DNA from: Craspedostauros australis
Taxonomy: Eukaryota
Direction: 5' to 3'
DNA: 41,514 nucleotides
Assembly: GCA_030167865.1 (NCBI GenBank)
Contig: JALAGF010000922.1
Coordinates: 1-41,514 of the forward strand
The notes below the pieces were generated by a model that was not told where the DNA came from, did no database searches, and saw only the letters and a program-made list of their open reading frames with translations. Numbering within the stretch: position 1 is the first letter of the stretch; every line of letters starts with the position of its first letter. Shown here in pieces: positions 38,640-41,514 of this stretch. A program made the position numbers and the translations under genes.

Positions 38640-38656
38640 TGGATCGTGCTGATGCT
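38640..38656 (+). repeat. Right target-site duplication of the LINE (TGGATCGTGCTGATGCT)
   Basis: Identical to 30141-30157; directly follows the ACAACAACA tail. Confidence 0.93.
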
Positions 38657-38789
38657 GTTGTTGTGACGATGGTGATGGGCACGCAGGCGATCTATCATTT
38701 TGGTTTCGTTACACTACGAGTAGCTCATGCTGTGTGTATGGCAAATGAGATTCACTCTGTTTGCATCTTCACTGACCATCCATTCGTTC

Positions 38790-41514
38790 TCATCGCCTGT
38801 TGTTGTTGCTGCTGCCAACGTGATGGCCAGACGCTGCTGGGGCCTTGACAGCATTCAAGGATCGTTCGTAAAAGTCCAAGTGCTGGAACATCTCTTCTCC
38901 CATGCTCAGGAACAGATCGTGCTTCTTGTCATTGTCGTTGTTCCGCGCATGGCGATGCTGTTGCTGCTGCTGAGACTTGATGGCGGCACCGCTCATGCGT
39001 GCCTGCGACTTGGCTCGGAACCGTTGCTTCACTTCGTCTATCTTCGATCGGTTGGTGTCGGTCATGGCGCTGCTGCCGGCCGCGGAACGCACGTTGGAAG
39101 AGCTCATGGCCCGGACGAGGATGGATCGTTGGTGTTGGGAGATGGCCGTGGAAGCCTCGGACTGCAAGTCCTGCAGCTTCATGCGAAGATCCTGCACCTC
39201 GCGTTCTTTCTCCTCCCGCACGAGACGCGTTTCCTCCTTGGCGAGCATGGCCTCACGAGCGGCTAATTCGGCTCGAAGTTCTGCCCTTTGGGCTCTCCTC
39301 GCCAGCGTCTCATTTTCACGATGGTGATCGTAGGATTCATCGTCGCAATCTTCAGAGTAGCACGAACTCTCGTACGTCATCACAGACGATGCCACCATCG
39401 ACTCTGTGTCGTTCTCGATGCTCACGAGGATGGATTCGTACCGCGCCACCAGATTCTCAATTCGTTCCTTCACGCAATGAAAGGCATTTTCTGCGATGAT
39501 GAGCCGCTGGGAGATGACTTTCACATCCTGCATGCAATTCAGATACGTCATCTCAGCCTCCGTCATGAAACCCTGACCGCTGTCTCCTTCCGTCTTTATG
39601 ATGTCCTCTGCATCGATCTGGCGTGCTGTTGCTTCATCAAGTTGATCGCGCAGATCCTGAATTGTGTGGAGAACCGCGTGTGCGAGTTGATAACAGATGG
39701 GAGTTTGAACGAGATGGGATTATAGATGGAATGCGTGTGATGTGATGTGAGTTGAGTTGCGTACAATGTTCCGTATTCGTGGGGGCATGCGTTTGAAATT
39801 GTGGATCATGTCAAACCATACCCGCCCACAGCATGCCATGCAATATTCGTATGCTGTGGCACTTACCGTGCAGTAATCGTTCGTCAGTTTCAACAGCATG
39901 CTCTGACAGTCACCGATGGTGAACATCTCATGACCTCTGAGACACCGCGAGCCAACGGAGGCGCATTGCTGCAGGCAGAATTCGTTATCATCCTGCCAAC
40001 GCACTTCCTCCCAGTAACCTTGTTGTTGCCGCCGCGACGGTCTCCAGAGATAGTACGCGCGTTCGTCACGGCGCGTCAGCTGCGAGGATCGGACGATGTC
40101 GGCAGGATTCGCACCATCGCGCCATGCCTTGGCCACGATCACCGTGTCGCGGCTGCGCAGGGCGGCTCTACCTCGTGGCGTATCGACGATGTCATCCACG
40201 ATGGTGGTCCATCCACGACGCTCCAAACGACGCTCGATGTCCTTCTCCATGATGCGGCTCCTCATCTCTGCCAAGGCGAATGCCTTGATGGCGTCCTCCT
40301 CATCGAATCGATCCGCCGCATTCAGTTTGCTGCACCGTGCCTTGGACAGCTTGCGGAACTTCCGGACGACCTTCTTCATCTCGTTTGGATGCACGTAATA
40401 CTTCGACAGGTCGTTGTACATTGGTCCCCATCCTTCCTTGCCGTACGGGTTGGAAAACAGCGACGATCCCGATTCTGACTCGGCCTCTTCGTAGTTCGTG
40501 CGCAAGGAGTCCTCGGTGAGACGCAGACTGCTGGCACCGAGCAGCGACGACGATGCTTTCGTATTCTTGTTGTTGCTGTTGCTGTTGACGTCGTCATTAT
40601 TGTCGTTGCTGGGATTCTCGGAGTTGCCCAAGAGCGTGTGGAAGGAAGGCACTTGCGCAAAGCCGTATTCGTCATAATCGCTGGTGCTGAGCGTTTCGTC
40701 GTAATCGCTTGCCGTGATGCGTTTGGTGAAGTCAGTCGCAGTGGTTTGAATCGTTGTAAGGCCTCCTCCAAGAAGGACAACGTTCAAGGTGGGATCGGCG
40801 TTCACTTGCGGTGTGTAATTTCCTGTCGCCTTGGATTCAATTCCAAGGTTGCTGTGGGTAACAGCCTTGCTCGTTTGCTCTTTCTTGGTTGGTGCATTTC
40901 TGGGCTGGACCGTGGAACGACCAAACGCAGTTGCACTCATCATATTGGACACCTTCGCTGCCGACACCAGGCTTCGAACCCCGTCAAAGATATCCGACGA
41001 TGCATTTTCTTCAATTGTACTGGGTTGGTCGCGAAGTCTTCTGCCTTGCGTCGCTGCGTGCTTCTTCGGCACCATCACCAATCGTTGTCCCGACTTTTGC
41101 TGTGATGCGGTGGCCGGTGCGTTGTTGTACGAATGGGTGCTGGTGGCATGAGAGAACGTGCTCGCAGATTCCAGGTCATCCATGAGGTTGGGAACATCCT
41201 GGGTCTTGTCCAAAAGGCTATTGAAACCGAAGGCGTTGACGGCATTGAACGTACGATGCGCCGGATGGAAATGGTCGTTGAGAGCCAACGCTTCTGCAGT
41301 CGGTGGTTGCGGTTGCGCCTGCGGTTGCAACTGTGCCTGCGTCTGATAGCTGTCGTTGGCGTACAGAGGCTGCAGTCCTCTCATCACGGACGCTGCACCG
41401 TGACGATTGCGATCGGCGATGCCGTACACTGCAGGGTTCTTCGCTTGCACATCCATGGAGCTGAAGTACGCAGAGGAGGTTTTCGAGTACGCGGTGCTCG
41501 GCGATGCATCCGAC
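38790..41514 (-). CDS. Unknown coiled-coil protein, at least 2 exons, 5' end beyond the window
   Basis: Frame is open from the window edge through 41456 to 39867. Intron 39866-39657 (GTAAGT...TTCAG, phase 0) joins NDYCT|DLRDQLDEA. Last exon 39656-38790. Helical core AFALAEMRSRIMEKDIERRLERR...VIVAKAWRDGA and coiled coil RRAQRAELRAELAAREAMLAKEE. Confidence 0.85.

Noticed and set aside
1..41514. CRISPR arrays, tRNA/rRNA genes, telomeric arrays
   Set aside because: No regularly spaced repeats, cloverleaf or rRNA signatures, or telomere tracts were seen by eye. tRNAscan-SE and Infernal were not run.

Overview
Gene-dense eukaryotic nuclear DNA, most likely from a diatom. This is inferred from a CoDi-type copia element, an Ambal-type LINE, bipartite plastid-targeting leaders, short GT-AG introns with AC-rich 3' ends, and diatom-style ankyrin and STAND families. 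The window opens in the 3' half of a Ty1/copia LTR retrotransposon (RT-RNase H). Host genes follow in this order: an ankyrin-like repeat protein, a bacterial-like STAND/COG3899 ATPase, a divergent tail-anchored heme oxygenase, a probably plastid-targeted aldo-keto reductase, a very long bacterial-type DnaG primase with a plastid leader, a small membrane protein, a 4-exon CELF/Bruno RNA-binding protein, and two spliced proteins of unknown function. A full-length 8482-bp non-LTR retrotransposon (ORF1 plus APE-RT-RNase H-CCHC ORF2) lies at 30158-38639 between perfect 17-bp target-site duplications. It carries 10 premature stops, three 1-bp frameshifts and strong, uneven CpG erosion. No rRNA, tRNA or CRISPR array was seen. 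All family assignments come from motifs recognised by eye, without database searches.
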